43,530 nt of DNA from a virus (Duplodnaviria > Heunggongvirae > Uroviricota > Caudoviricetes), in the IMG/VR virus record IMGVR_UViG_2734482773_000003, positions 1 to 43,530 of that record; one strand, written 5' to 3'. This document shows, piece after piece, positions 7,676 to 15,783 of this stretch. The notes below the pieces were generated by a model. That model ran no database searches, was not told where the DNA came from, and saw only the letters and a program-made list of their open reading frames with translations. Positions within the stretch are counted from its first letter, which is position 1. Each line of letters begins with the position of its first letter. The position numbers were made by a program, and so were the translations under genes.

Positions 7676-8353
7676 TTATGGGATGTTTAGTATTTTGGCA
7701 TCAACCACAACGCCGATGATTTTGCAGTTTCCATTAATTTCTAGCATTGGATATGCGGGGTTAAGGGGCTTTAGGAAGCGTCTGCCGGCATCGATTACAA
7801 GCTTCTTAAAGGTCGCTTCGTTATCGCCTTCTAGCTTCGCGACAACCAGCTTTCCGTTGCGCGGCTCGACTTCAGGATCAACAAGTATCGCTGCTCCCTC
7901 AGGTATGCTCAGTCCAGCCGGGGAGGTCATAGAATCCCCTTTAACGTCCAGCCAGAATGAATCTTCTGAGCAGTCAACAGTCGTGTCATACCAGCGATCT
8001 ATCGCTCTTCGGTGATAAGGTTCTACAGCTTCCATCCATTGCCCCGCGCTTACCCAGCTGATTACAGGATAACTTCCTTTTGTCTCGTTCAGTCCTCGAA
8101 ATGCAACGTTCGAAGGTTCTTCACTGGCGTGTAAAACATCCATCCAGCCAAAAGGCAGATCAAGCGCAGTTTCAATTTTGCGAGCCATCTTATCGCCGAT
8201 ATTGCGATGAGGGTTTGGTCCCAGTAGCTGGCTAAGCGCAGCCGGACTTGTCTCGATGAGCTCGGCAAACTGCGCTTTGGTCATTCCAGACTCGTGCTGA
8301 CGCTTCTCGTACAGCGCTTCCAGGTTGGCTTTTCTGATTTCTTTATTTTCCAT
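7676..8353 (-). CDS. cI: CI-like prophage repressor (HTH N-terminus plus S24 LexA-like autopeptidase C-terminus)
   Basis: ORF 7676..8470(-); ATG at 8353; N-terminal HTH (MTKAQFAELIETSPAALSQLL); C-terminal S24 motifs GDSM (Ser) and KLVV...K (Lys); divergent from the cro-like gene. Confidence 0.85.
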   Translation of the reverse strand: MENKEIRKANLEALYEKRQHESGMTKAQFAELIETSPAALSQLLGPNPHRNIGDKMARKIETALDLPFGWMDVLHASEEPSNVAFRGLNETKGSYPVISWVSAGQWMEAVEPYHRRAIDRWYDTTVDCSEDSFWLDVKGDSMTSPAGLSIPEGAAILVDPEVEPRNGKLVVAKLEGDNEATFKKLVIDAGRRFLKPLNPAYPMLEINGNCKIIGVVVDAKILNIP

Positions 8354-8371
8354 ACCTGCATTGTTACTGCT

Positions 8372-8439
8372 TTTAGCAAAATGATAAATGTGCAAATTGC
8401 TAAATGATGCTTGCGTAGTATTTAGCATAACGCTAAACT
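8372..8439. promoter_or_regulatory. OR-type operators with candidate pR promoter
   Basis: tttagc-aaaat-gataaa 8372..8388 and tttagc-ataac-gctaaa 8421..8437, plus a weaker site near 8388..8404; candidate rightward promoter TTGCGT (8411..8416) - 17 nt - TAAACT (8434..8439) overlapping the last operator. Confidence 0.55.
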
Positions 8440-8469
8440 CCAAATCAAACGACTCACCCGGAGACACCA

Positions 8470-8703
8470 ATGAGCACTGAACTACACCGCTGGCGCAAGG
8501 CCGCCACTACCGACGAATGGGCGCAGCTCGCAAAGTTGGCTAACACGACGCCAGGTTACCTGGACCAGATCGCCTACGGAAATCGCCGGGCATCTCCAGA
8601 AATGGCATCTGCTATCGAGAAAGGCACGAAGAATTTTCACCGCCAGGCTCCGGTCCTAAAAGAAAGCCTGGTATTCGCATCGCCGCGTGATACTGCGGCC
8701 TAA
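8470..8703 (+). CDS. cro: Cro-like HTH regulator (YdaS/Cro type)
   Basis: ATG 8470 with GGAG upstream; HTH-like segment EWAQLAKLANTTPGYLDQIAYGNRRASPEMASAIEKGT; first rightward gene divergent from cI. Confidence 0.7.
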   Translation: MSTELHRWRKAATTDEWAQLAKLANTTPGYLDQIAYGNRRASPEMASAIEKGTKNFHRQAPVLKESLVFASPRDTAA

Positions 8704-8720
8704 CCACGAAAGGGAAAGCA

Positions 8721-9263
8721 ATGCATTCACTTGCGTATCAACACAATACCGGAATACACCCGGGAGCGATGATAAACCGCGCTCAACCTAAGGCGGCGCC
8801 TGACCACGAAAAGATCCGCGATGCGGTCCGGGCATGGTCTTCGGCGCTGGACAATCAGGACGTCGTTTCGGCACTGATCATCAACGAATACCGGGAGCAG
8901 GGCGGGACCGCCATCAGCTTTCCTGACGACATCAGCCGTGCGCGCCAGAAGCTGTTCCGCTTCCTGGATAACCGTTTCGACTCCGAACAGTACCGCGAGA
9001 ACGTGCGCCAGCTGACACCCGCAATCATGTCCGTATTGCCGCTGGAGTACCGCAACCGCCTGGCGCCGCAGAACGACACGATGTCGCTGATCGCTTCTGC
9101 GATGAAAGAGTGTGCTGAAGCTAAACAGGCCGTGCTTTTGGACGCCCCAGAGCATCAGAAGCTGAAAGAGGTAAGCGAGGGTATAGCTTCGCTGTTCCGC
9201 CTCATGCCGGAGCAGGTAGGCCCACTGATGACGATGGTCACGTCGATGCTGGGGGTTATGTGA
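8721..9263 (+). CDS. YdaT-like regulatory protein (CII-position analogue)
   Basis: ATG 8721 with AAGGGA upstream; LTPAIMSVLPLEYRNRL region resembles Rac-prophage YdaT (from memory); sits immediately after cro. Confidence 0.55.
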   Translation: MHSLAYQHNTGIHPGAMINRAQPKAAPDHEKIRDAVRAWSSALDNQDVVSALIINEYREQGGTAISFPDDISRARQKLFRFLDNRFDSEQYRENVRQLTPAIMSVLPLEYRNRLAPQNDTMSLIASAMKECAEAKQAVLLDAPEHQKLKEVSEGIASLFRLMPEQVGPLMTMVTSMLGVM

Positions 9264-9352
9264 TGGGAAGTATCAAAAATGGCGAAAGCCAGTCTGCGCG
9301 AACAGAACTGGCCTTCAGATGCAAATCGTGTGCACTCATTGCAGGAGGAATA

Positions 9353-9499
9353 ATGGCAAAAAATCCACGCTATTACCATACCGCTGTACATAAAAACATA
9401 GCCCGCGACCGCTTCATCCGCTCGGTTAACCCGATTGTGGCAGAGAAGATGCGCGCCATCCTGGAAGAATTGAAACGTAAGGAGAGTGGCCGTGGGTAA
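9353..9499 (+). CDS. small basic protein (48 aa)
   Basis: ORF 9260..9499; internal ATG at 9353 preceded by AGGAGG 6 nt upstream; the earlier in-frame starts lack a Shine-Dalgarno match. Confidence 0.4.
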   Translation: MAKNPRYYHTAVHKNIARDRFIRSVNPIVAEKMRAILEELKRKESGRG

Positions 9500-10391
9500 C
9501 GTATCCAATTTAGCCGAAGCCAGAGAGGCCAGAAGGCTCCAGAAACCGCGCACGAATGACGGTAAGGGGTTTGCCTTGCTGCACCGTAAAATTATGGATG
9601 TGCCGTTCTACAAGGACGCTGAGGCGGCTCATTTATGGGTTCACCTGCTCCTGCGCGCTAATCACGAACAGACACTGGTATCGACTGATGTTGGCGATGT
9701 GATCTGCGAGCGCGGCGAGTTCATCACCGGGCGTAACACGCTGGCAATGGAAACGGGTTTGACCGCTGATCGCGTTAAATCACTGCTCCGTAAATTCCAG
9801 AATCTGGGCATGATCACCACCAAATCGAACAACCGTTTTACTGTTCTAAAAGTGGTCAAATATGACGAATATCAGTCAAATTTTTGTCCAGCCGATGTCC
9901 AGCCAGTGTCCAGCGCAAACGCAGTAATAACAATGCCTGTGGAGGATGTGTGTCCAGCCGATGTCCAGCCGGTGTCCACAGATAACAATATATTAAATAA
10001 CTTACTACCTAAAGGTAGTAAGTATGTCGCAAATGACCAGAACCCCGCTGAAGAGAAAAAGTCCCGTTTGTCATGCGATGAAGTATGGCAATGCCTGAAA
10101 GACGAACTGCCTGAAGCCCGGGGATGGAGATGCCTCACTGATGAGCGACGCAATCTGATCCGCACCTTCTGGGGTAAGGCTAACAAGATTGCCCGCAACC
10201 TGGACGGCAAGCCGATGGATATGGACGGTTTCAGAAGCTATCTGCGATATATCGCTCAAAACTGCCGCTGGATGCTTGAAGACCGACCAGACCAGAAATC
10301 CGGGAAAACCTGGCGCCGCATGAAATTCGATAAGTTCCTGACCGAAAAGCTCTACATCGAAGTGCGCGAGGGGGATCGTGATGACCGCTGA
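9486..10391 (+). CDS. phage replication initiator (O-like)
   Basis: N-terminal GFALLHRKIMDVPFYKDAEAAHLWVHLL matches the phage replication-protein-O N-terminal pattern; iteron array lies inside the gene; stop overlaps the helicase start; start may be GTG 9486 or GTG 9492. Confidence 0.7.
   Translation: MAVGNVSNLAEAREARRLQKPRTNDGKGFALLHRKIMDVPFYKDAEAAHLWVHLLLRANHEQTLVSTDVGDVICERGEFITGRNTLAMETGLTADRVKSLLRKFQNLGMITTKSNNRFTVLKVVKYDEYQSNFCPADVQPVSSANAVITMPVEDVCPADVQPVSTDNNILNNLLPKGSKYVANDQNPAEEKKSRLSCDEVWQCLKDELPEARGWRCLTDERRNLIRTFWGKANKIARNLDGKPMDMDGFRSYLRYIAQNCRWMLEDRPDQKSGKTWRRMKFDKFLTEKLYIEVREGDRDDR
9885..10025. repeat. replication origin: six 9-bp iterons (TGTCCAGCC, 11-bp period) plus AT-rich segment
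   Basis: TGTCCAGCC-like repeats at 9885, 9896, 9907 and 9951, 9962, 9973, followed by AT-rich ataacaatatattaaataacttactacctaaaggtagtaagtat with an inverted repeat; encoded as the duplicated CPADVQPVS peptide. Confidence 0.6.
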
Positions 10392-11814
10392 ATTCATGGC
10401 TGTGCCACAAAACCTCGAAGCGGAGCAGAGCGTTATCGGTGGCCTGCTGCTGGATGATGACAACAGCGAGCGAGTCCAGAAGGTTCTGGCGATGCTCAAG
10501 CCTGAGTCGTTCTACAGCCGACCTCACCAGCTGATCTTTGCCGAGATGCGCCAGATGTTCCGCGACAACAAGCCAGTCGATGGTCTGACATTGTTCGACG
10601 CGCTTGAAGGAAAAGGGCTCGCGGAGCAGGTAGGTGGCTTTGCTTACCTGGCGGAGATAGCCAAGAACACTCCAAGCGCAGCAAACATCGTGGCATACGC
10701 AGAATCAGTCCGGGAAGCCGCAATGGAGCGCTACGGTATCAACCGTCTGACCAAAGCTACTGAGCTGCTGTATTCCCGCAACGGTATGAGCGCTACGCAG
10801 AAGTATGAGGCCATTCAGGGTATCTTCACCCAGCTCGCAGATCATTCAAAAACCGGAAATCGTCGTGGGTTGCGGTCGTTCGGCGAGGTTATGGATGACT
10901 GGGTAGCAGATCTGGAAAAACGATTTGACCCCTCAGGCGAACAGCGCGGCATGAGTACCGGTATCCCGTCACTCGACCGGCTGCTGGCGCCGAAAGGTCT
11001 GGTTAAAGGCTCTCTGTTCGTAATTGGCGCAAGGCCAAAAATGGGCAAAACAACCCTGTACGGGCAGATGGCGATCAACTGCGCGGTTCGTGAGAAAAAG
11101 CCGGCGCTGATGTTCAGCCTGGAAATGCCAGGCGACCAGATCCTCGAAAAACTGGTTGGTCAGAAGTCGGGCATTAACCCGAGCATTTTTTACATGCCCG
11201 CCACGGATGATGCCGATGACCAGTATCAGGGCGACTACGACGGCGACTTTAAGAAGGCGATCGCAACAGCCGGGCGGCTGAGTGAAATCGACATGCTGTA
11301 CATCGACGACACTCCTGGCCTGTCACTGGCGCATATCGTTACCGAATGCCGTCGAATTAAGCGCGAGAAAGGCTGCGTAGGCATGATTCTGGTTGACTAC
11401 CTGACGCTGATGACCGCCGAAAAAGCAGACCGTAATGACCTGGCCTACGGGATGATCACCAAAGGGTTGAAGAACCTGGCCAAAGAGCTTGGCTGCGTCG
11501 TCGTGCTGCTGACTCAGCTCAACCGCGAACTGGAGAAGCGAGTGAATAAACGCCCGTTGCCGAGTGATTCCCGCGACACAGGACAGATTGAGCAGGACTG
11601 CGACTACTGGGTTGGTATCCACCGGGAAGGTGCTTTCGATGACAGCGTGCCGCCGGGCGAAACCGAGTTAATCCTGCGACTCAACCGCCACGGCAGTACC
11701 GGAACGGTTTATTGCAATCAGATTAACGGGGCAATTTACGACACAGACCAGCATGCCGCCGCCGCAGAACGTCGCGGGCGCGAGCAGCAGCCGAAAAAGA
11801 AAGGGGGCTTCTGA
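10381..11814 (+). CDS. replicative DNA helicase (DnaB-like)
   Basis: ORF 10378..11814 (GTG then ATG at 10381, GAGGGGG upstream); N-terminal DnaB domain (LEAEQSVIGGLL), Walker A GARPKMGKTT, helicase C-terminal motifs. Confidence 0.9.
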   Translation: MTAEFMAVPQNLEAEQSVIGGLLLDDDNSERVQKVLAMLKPESFYSRPHQLIFAEMRQMFRDNKPVDGLTLFDALEGKGLAEQVGGFAYLAEIAKNTPSAANIVAYAESVREAAMERYGINRLTKATELLYSRNGMSATQKYEAIQGIFTQLADHSKTGNRRGLRSFGEVMDDWVADLEKRFDPSGEQRGMSTGIPSLDRLLAPKGLVKGSLFVIGARPKMGKTTLYGQMAINCAVREKKPALMFSLEMPGDQILEKLVGQKSGINPSIFYMPATDDADDQYQGDYDGDFKKAIATAGRLSEIDMLYIDDTPGLSLAHIVTECRRIKREKGCVGMILVDYLTLMTAEKADRNDLAYGMITKGLKNLAKELGCVVVLLTQLNRELEKRVNKRPLPSDSRDTGQIEQDCDYWVGIHREGAFDDSVPPGETELILRLNRHGSTGTVYCNQINGAIYDTDQHAAAAERRGREQQPKKKGGF

Positions 11815-12113
11815 TGAAAGGCAAACAGGCAATTCTGCGTTATCTCGAAACGCACCGGACCTTCACTGCGAAGGATGTGGCCACAGAGTGCGTCATGACC
11901 ATCAACTGCATCACCAAGAACGCTATCGATCTGGAGCGGGCCAGGAAGATTGTGCGCGTGAGCAAGGTCTGGCGAACGGTGACTTACCGCCTGGCGACGC
12001 CGGAAGAGCAAGATGGTACCGCGCGCAGCTGCACCAACGGAATATTTCAGGAGTGCCGCAACAGCGCGGCGATGAAGCGAGTATTGATGGTTTGGGGGAG
12101 GGTAGGGGTATGA
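11814..12113 (+). CDS. hypothetical phage protein (99 aa)
   Basis: ATG 11814 overlapping the helicase stop (TGATG), AGGGGG upstream. Confidence 0.5.
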   Translation: MKGKQAILRYLETHRTFTAKDVATECVMTINCITKNAIDLERARKIVRVSKVWRTVTYRLATPEEQDGTARSCTNGIFQECRNSAAMKRVLMVWGRVGV

Positions 12114-12544
12114 GCAACAAATACGAAGATCTGATTAAAAACGCCAGGGTGAATGCAGAATGTGGTGAGCACATGTCACCGGCAGAAGTTACGACTCTGC
12201 TTAACGTGTTTGAAACCACATTCGCTGCGCTGGCTGCGGAGAATGCGGGGCTGAAGCAGTTCCCTGACCAAATCGTTAGCTTCATCGGAAAGTTGGGCTC
12301 AAGCGAAATCGGCAGAGACACGAAAGAAAAAATTGAGTTCGCTGCGAATAAGGTCAAAACCCCAGCCACCGACGCTTTCCTGGCTGAAGTGCGGGCGCAG
12401 GGTGTGGAGATGTTTGCCGCACATAAGCGAGAACGACAGCAGGCTCTGCGTAGCCGAAGCATGAGGATGTCTGAAGAGGCTGCTGGCATGGCCGCAGATG
12501 CTGAGAACTTCGCCGACGAGCTTCGCAAAGGAGTGCAGTCATGA
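12110..12544 (+). CDS. hypothetical phage protein (144 aa)
   Basis: ATG 12110 overlapping the previous stop (ATGA) with G-rich Shine-Dalgarno; the longer ORF 11753..12544 is an out-of-frame read through the helicase 3' end. Confidence 0.5.
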   Translation: MSNKYEDLIKNARVNAECGEHMSPAEVTTLLNVFETTFAALAAENAGLKQFPDQIVSFIGKLGSSEIGRDTKEKIEFAANKVKTPATDAFLAEVRAQGVEMFAAHKRERQQALRSRSMRMSEEAAGMAADAENFADELRKGVQS

Positions 12545-13188
12545 GCGATAGATTTTACATGCTTTGTACTCGCGAAACGGTTGGCAGTAACGCGTCATTC
12601 CACTGCCACAACGGCAACGGATATAGCTCCAATATAGACCGCGCCCACGTGTACACCCGTGAAGAAGCTCAAAGAAGCTGGGAATTGGGTAGAGAGATTG
12701 ATCAGCCGGTTTGCGCTGACAGTGTTGATTCCATGGCTGTCTGGCATGTCGATTGTCAGTACATACCTACCGAAAGTGTTATTGAGCCTGGCTGTGAGTC
12801 CTATGTGGCCTACAAAAAAGGCAGTTGGAACGGTAACGATGTGTACTGGTTGCAACATGGAGGCCTTCCAACTGACGACTTCAGTAAGGCATTCGTTTTT
12901 GTATCCGCCAACACGGCAGAGCCTGGCATTGTCTGGATTCCTTTTGCTTTAGCTGACAAGGCTAAGCGCCGCACGTTCAGCATCAATGAGTTTAACCGAC
13001 GCACCATGGTTCAGGCGGCAGGGCTTGTCATGCCTGAGTGGCTGAAAAAGCACAACCGAAAAAAATCACGCAGCGGTAAGGTTCGCTGGAATTGCCCTTG
13101 CTGCGGAAAGATTAGCTGGCAGCTAAATCCATACGATTTCGATGGCTGCAGTGACATTGAATGTGAAGGTTGGAGGACCGCCCAATGA
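12541..13188 (+). CDS. hypothetical phage protein with C-terminal Cys cluster (215 aa)
   Basis: ATG 12541 overlapping the upstream stop; C-terminal WNCPCCGK...CSDIECEGW suggests a metal-binding module. Confidence 0.5.
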   Translation: MSDRFYMLCTRETVGSNASFHCHNGNGYSSNIDRAHVYTREEAQRSWELGREIDQPVCADSVDSMAVWHVDCQYIPTESVIEPGCESYVAYKKGSWNGNDVYWLQHGGLPTDDFSKAFVFVSANTAEPGIVWIPFALADKAKRRTFSINEFNRRTMVQAAGLVMPEWLKKHNRKKSRSGKVRWNCPCCGKISWQLNPYDFDGCSDIECEGWRTAQ

Positions 13189-13889
13189 GCAACATCGACA
13201 AACGCGATATTCACAATCAGCAATTGAAGGCGTTTATTACTGGCTTCCTTACCGACCCAGCGCATGACAATCAGTCGCCTCGCAGCATGACTGCAGAGGT
13301 GTTTCGTATCGCGCTGGCATCTCTCGAAGCGGATCCTGTGGCGTGGCGATCGCTTTATTACGAGAATCACGGCCTTCTGACAGATTCAAAAAATGTCCTG
13401 GCATCCTGGCAAAAGCAAGGCTGGGAATGTGAGCCGCTTTACACCGCCCCGCCAGCACCGATATCTGATTCGCTCCTGTCAGATCTCTTGACGATTGCGA
13501 AAACTGCCGCCAATGCGGCAGACGAGTGCGCACATGCTGAGTTTGGCGACGACTCGATGGAACATTCAGCCGCAATAGCTGACTGGGAGCGCCGCGCCGC
13601 CATGCTTCAGGGTGCCGATGGCAACTCTCCTGTGATTGCGAAAGCATACGACATTGAAGCGTTCGGCGTATTCAGTGCAACTGAAGGCAAAAATGGTCTG
13701 CTGCTGCAGATCGAGCAATTTTGGTTCGGTACCGAAAACTGCCCGCAGATAGGTAAGGAAAATATGGTTCCGAAGTTTGCTCTTCAGGCAATCATCAATA
13801 GGCTTCAGGCTCATTGCAATAGCATGGGAGAAGATACGCTGATTGATATTTTTGCATCTTCAGCAGCACCTCAGCAGGAGGATAAATGA
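13185..13889 (+). CDS. hypothetical phage protein (234 aa)
   Basis: ORF 13170..13889; ATG at 13185 overlaps the previous stop (ATGA). Confidence 0.5.
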   Translation: MSNIDKRDIHNQQLKAFITGFLTDPAHDNQSPRSMTAEVFRIALASLEADPVAWRSLYYENHGLLTDSKNVLASWQKQGWECEPLYTAPPAPISDSLLSDLLTIAKTAANAADECAHAEFGDDSMEHSAAIADWERRAAMLQGADGNSPVIAKAYDIEAFGVFSATEGKNGLLLQIEQFWFGTENCPQIGKENMVPKFALQAIINRLQAHCNSMGEDTLIDIFASSAAPQQEDK

Positions 13890-14185
13890 CTCCACTACTC
13901 TGCCCATTTTGCGAATCGACAGCGCTTGGTATTGGCTACTCATTCAGTATTATGGGAAAGAAGCGCTACGTCCACTGCAAATGTGGTGCTCATGGGCCAT
14001 TAAAGCGCAATAAGGCTGAAGCAATTTCTGCATGGAATAGCCGAATGAAGGTGTGGTTTTACGACCCAGAAACGCTGGCATGTGCTGGCGAGCGCAGGAG
14101 AACTGCGGCTTACATTGATAGTCTTAAGCAAGACGGCTTCACGCTAGAACTAATTGCAGCACCGCAGCAGGAGGTACAGCCGTGA
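13886..14185 (+). CDS. lar: Lar-family restriction-alleviation protein
   Basis: N-terminus MTPLLCPFCESTALGIG...HCKCGAHGP...AISAWNSR fits the Lar/RalR pattern CPFCG...C.C...GP...A.AWN.R (from memory). Confidence 0.6.
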   Translation: MTPLLCPFCESTALGIGYSFSIMGKKRYVHCKCGAHGPLKRNKAEAISAWNSRMKVWFYDPETLACAGERRRTAAYIDSLKQDGFTLELIAAPQQEVQP

Positions 14186-14397
14186 GTAATCACATCATCA
14201 AATATGACTATCGTGACGGCGTAAAACTTGCGAAGCATGAAACAGAAACATGGTGCGGACATAAGCCTCAATTTTCTGACTGGTTGTTTCAGGACGCTCA
14301 GCATGCACTGTTGAGCATTGAGCAGGGTTCATTGCAGGTTCCATGCAAGAAGTGCCTCGCTGCAATCGTCAAAACGGCTAAGGAGGTGAAGCCGTGA
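14182..14397 (+). CDS. hypothetical phage protein (71 aa)
   Basis: ATG 14182 overlapping the lar stop; co-oriented. Confidence 0.45.
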   Translation: MSNHIIKYDYRDGVKLAKHETETWCGHKPQFSDWLFQDAQHALLSIEQGSLQVPCKKCLAAIVKTAKEVKP

Positions 14398-14519
14398 TTA
14401 CAGCGCTGGCGTGGCATTTCAATGACAGCATTTATGGTTGGATGCTGGCAATAACAGCAATTCAGGATTTGGCTGTAGCGGCTTATATTTTCAGCTCGTG
14501 TAGAGGTCGCCATGCCTAA
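14394..14519 (+). CDS. small hydrophobic peptide (41 aa), GTG start
   Basis: not in the ORF table (under 60 aa); GTG at 14394 overlapping the upstream stop, preceded by AAGGAGGT 7 nt upstream; translated VITALAWHFNDSIYGWMLAITAIQDLAVAAYIFSSCRGRHA. Confidence 0.35.
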   Translation: MITALAWHFNDSIYGWMLAITAIQDLAVAAYIFSSCRGRHA

Positions 14520-14663
14520 CCCATTCGACGCAGCAAGGCTGTAAGAAAAATAGCAAACTATTTTAACTCATTGATATATACACATGTTTTACAATTTAAC
14601 TGCTTCATTTCCTCTTGCATGGTGGTACATTCATTTGGCGATGTAAAACCAACAGGAGGCGTT

Positions 14664-14945
14664 ATGAGTATCGATCAACTTTGCATGAAACAAGAGTGTT
14701 GGGCATTGGAGATGCTTGGTAGGGTTGGCGCTTTAACGCAGTGCCCTCATCATGAGGGCACTTATGTTGATGAGGGCATAGAAGAGTCCGACATCTACAA
14801 ATACGCAGCCGGAGCTTATAAAAAAAGCAACGGTAGTCATCTATTCGAAAGCTTTAAAGAGATGACTGATGCTGTTAAAAGCGCATACGAAGAACACGGT
14901 GGAAATGATGTTTGCCCGCAGTGCTTTAAACGCGTGGACGACTAA
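14664..14945 (+). CDS. hypothetical phage protein (93 aa) with Cys/His pairs
   Basis: ORF 14571..14945; internal ATG at 14664 preceded by AGGAGG 6 nt upstream; contains CPHH and CPQC motifs. Confidence 0.5.
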   Translation: MSIDQLCMKQECWALEMLGRVGALTQCPHHEGTYVDEGIEESDIYKYAAGAYKKSNGSHLFESFKEMTDAVKSAYEEHGGNDVCPQCFKRVDD

Positions 14946-14951
14946 CTCATT

Positions 14952-14975
14952 GGCCTCTCCGGAGGCCTTTCTCTT
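14952..14975 (+). terminator. intrinsic terminator
   Basis: hairpin ggcctc-tccg-gaggcc 14952..14967 followed by tttctctt. Confidence 0.5.
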
Positions 14976-14977
14976 CA

Positions 14978-15131
14978 GTTGATTTTGTTGAATCAACCGT
15001 CCATACTTTCTTTGCTGATGGTCTGAACACCCATTGGTGACTTCTGCGCATTTAAGGGGACTTAAATGCGACCACAATCTGAACTCCTCACATTGTCACA
15101 GATGCAGAAATGCACCTGCGATTTTCTGCAT
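14978..15131. promoter_or_regulatory. cluster of three inverted repeats upstream of ninB
   Basis: gttgatt-ttgttg-aatcaac 14978..14997; gcatttaag-ggga-cttaaatgc 15048..15069; atgcagaaa-(12 nt)-tttctgcat 15102..15131; function unknown. Confidence 0.4.
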
Positions 15132-15157
15132 TCTGCGGTTTCCGTTAAGGAGGCCGT

Positions 15158-15613
15158 ATGACTCTGCCAGTAGACGGTATCAAACTCCATCGTGGCAACT
15201 TCGCGGCCATCGGCCAGCAGATTCAGCCATTGCTGGATGCCGGGCAGTGCTTCCGCCTGCAGGTTAAGCCGTGGCGAGAGAAGCGCAGCCTGTCACAGAA
15301 CGCGCTCAGCCACATGTGGTACACGGAAATCAGCGAGTACCTCATCGCCCGCGGCAAGACCTTCGCTACGCCTGAGTGGGTCAAAGACGCGATGAAGCAC
15401 ACCTATCTCGGCTACGAAAGCAAAGACCGTGTAGACGTCGTGTCCGGCGAGGTCACCACCGTCCAATCCCTCCGCCATACGTCTGATCTGGAAACTGGCG
15501 AAATGTACATCTTCCTGTGCAAGGTCGAAGCCTGGGCGATGAATATCGGCTGCCACCTGACCATTCCGCAGAGCTGTGAATACCAGCAGCTGCGCGATAA
15601 GCAGGAGGCCTGA
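15158..15613 (+). CDS. ninB: NinB-like recombination protein
   Basis: AAGGAGG upstream of ATG 15158; REKRSLSQNALSHMW resembles the lambda NinB RNRSLDQNRKLWA segment (from memory). Confidence 0.6.
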   Translation: MTLPVDGIKLHRGNFAAIGQQIQPLLDAGQCFRLQVKPWREKRSLSQNALSHMWYTEISEYLIARGKTFATPEWVKDAMKHTYLGYESKDRVDVVSGEVTTVQSLRHTSDLETGEMYIFLCKVEAWAMNIGCHLTIPQSCEYQQLRDKQEA

Positions 15614-15783
15614 TGTCTACTCCACTTTCCCGCATCATCACAAACGAAATATTCCGCGTTCCTGCGCGCCGCCAGCGTAAGCCTGCGGTTAAGCCGTCCG
15701 ACATCCCGACACTGAAGGGCTACACCGCCCGTCTGGTGGATCAGAAATGGCTGCGTCTCGCGGCGAGGAGAAAATCTGCATGA
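15613..15783 (+). CDS. ninE: NinE-like small basic protein (56 aa)
   Basis: not in the ORF table; ATG 15613 overlaps the ninB stop and its stop overlaps the phosphatase start; tail [19 protein letters not shown] parallels lambda NinE ...YTAHLWDIRWLRRRARK (from memory). Confidence 0.5.
   Translation: MSTPLSRIITNEIFRVPARRQRKPAVKPSDIPTLKGYTARLVDQKWLRLAARRKSA

Noticed and set aside
9885-9981. Short direct-repeat array that could be mistaken for a CRISPR-like array
   Set aside because: Repeats are 9 bp with 2-bp spacers at helical periodicity, lie inside the replication initiator gene, and are followed by an AT-rich tract: origin iterons, not CRISPR.
11753-12109. Upstream part of the 263-aa ORF 11753..12544
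   Set aside because: It is an out-of-frame read through the helicase 3' end; the coupled ATG at 12110 with a G-rich Shine-Dalgarno is the credible start.
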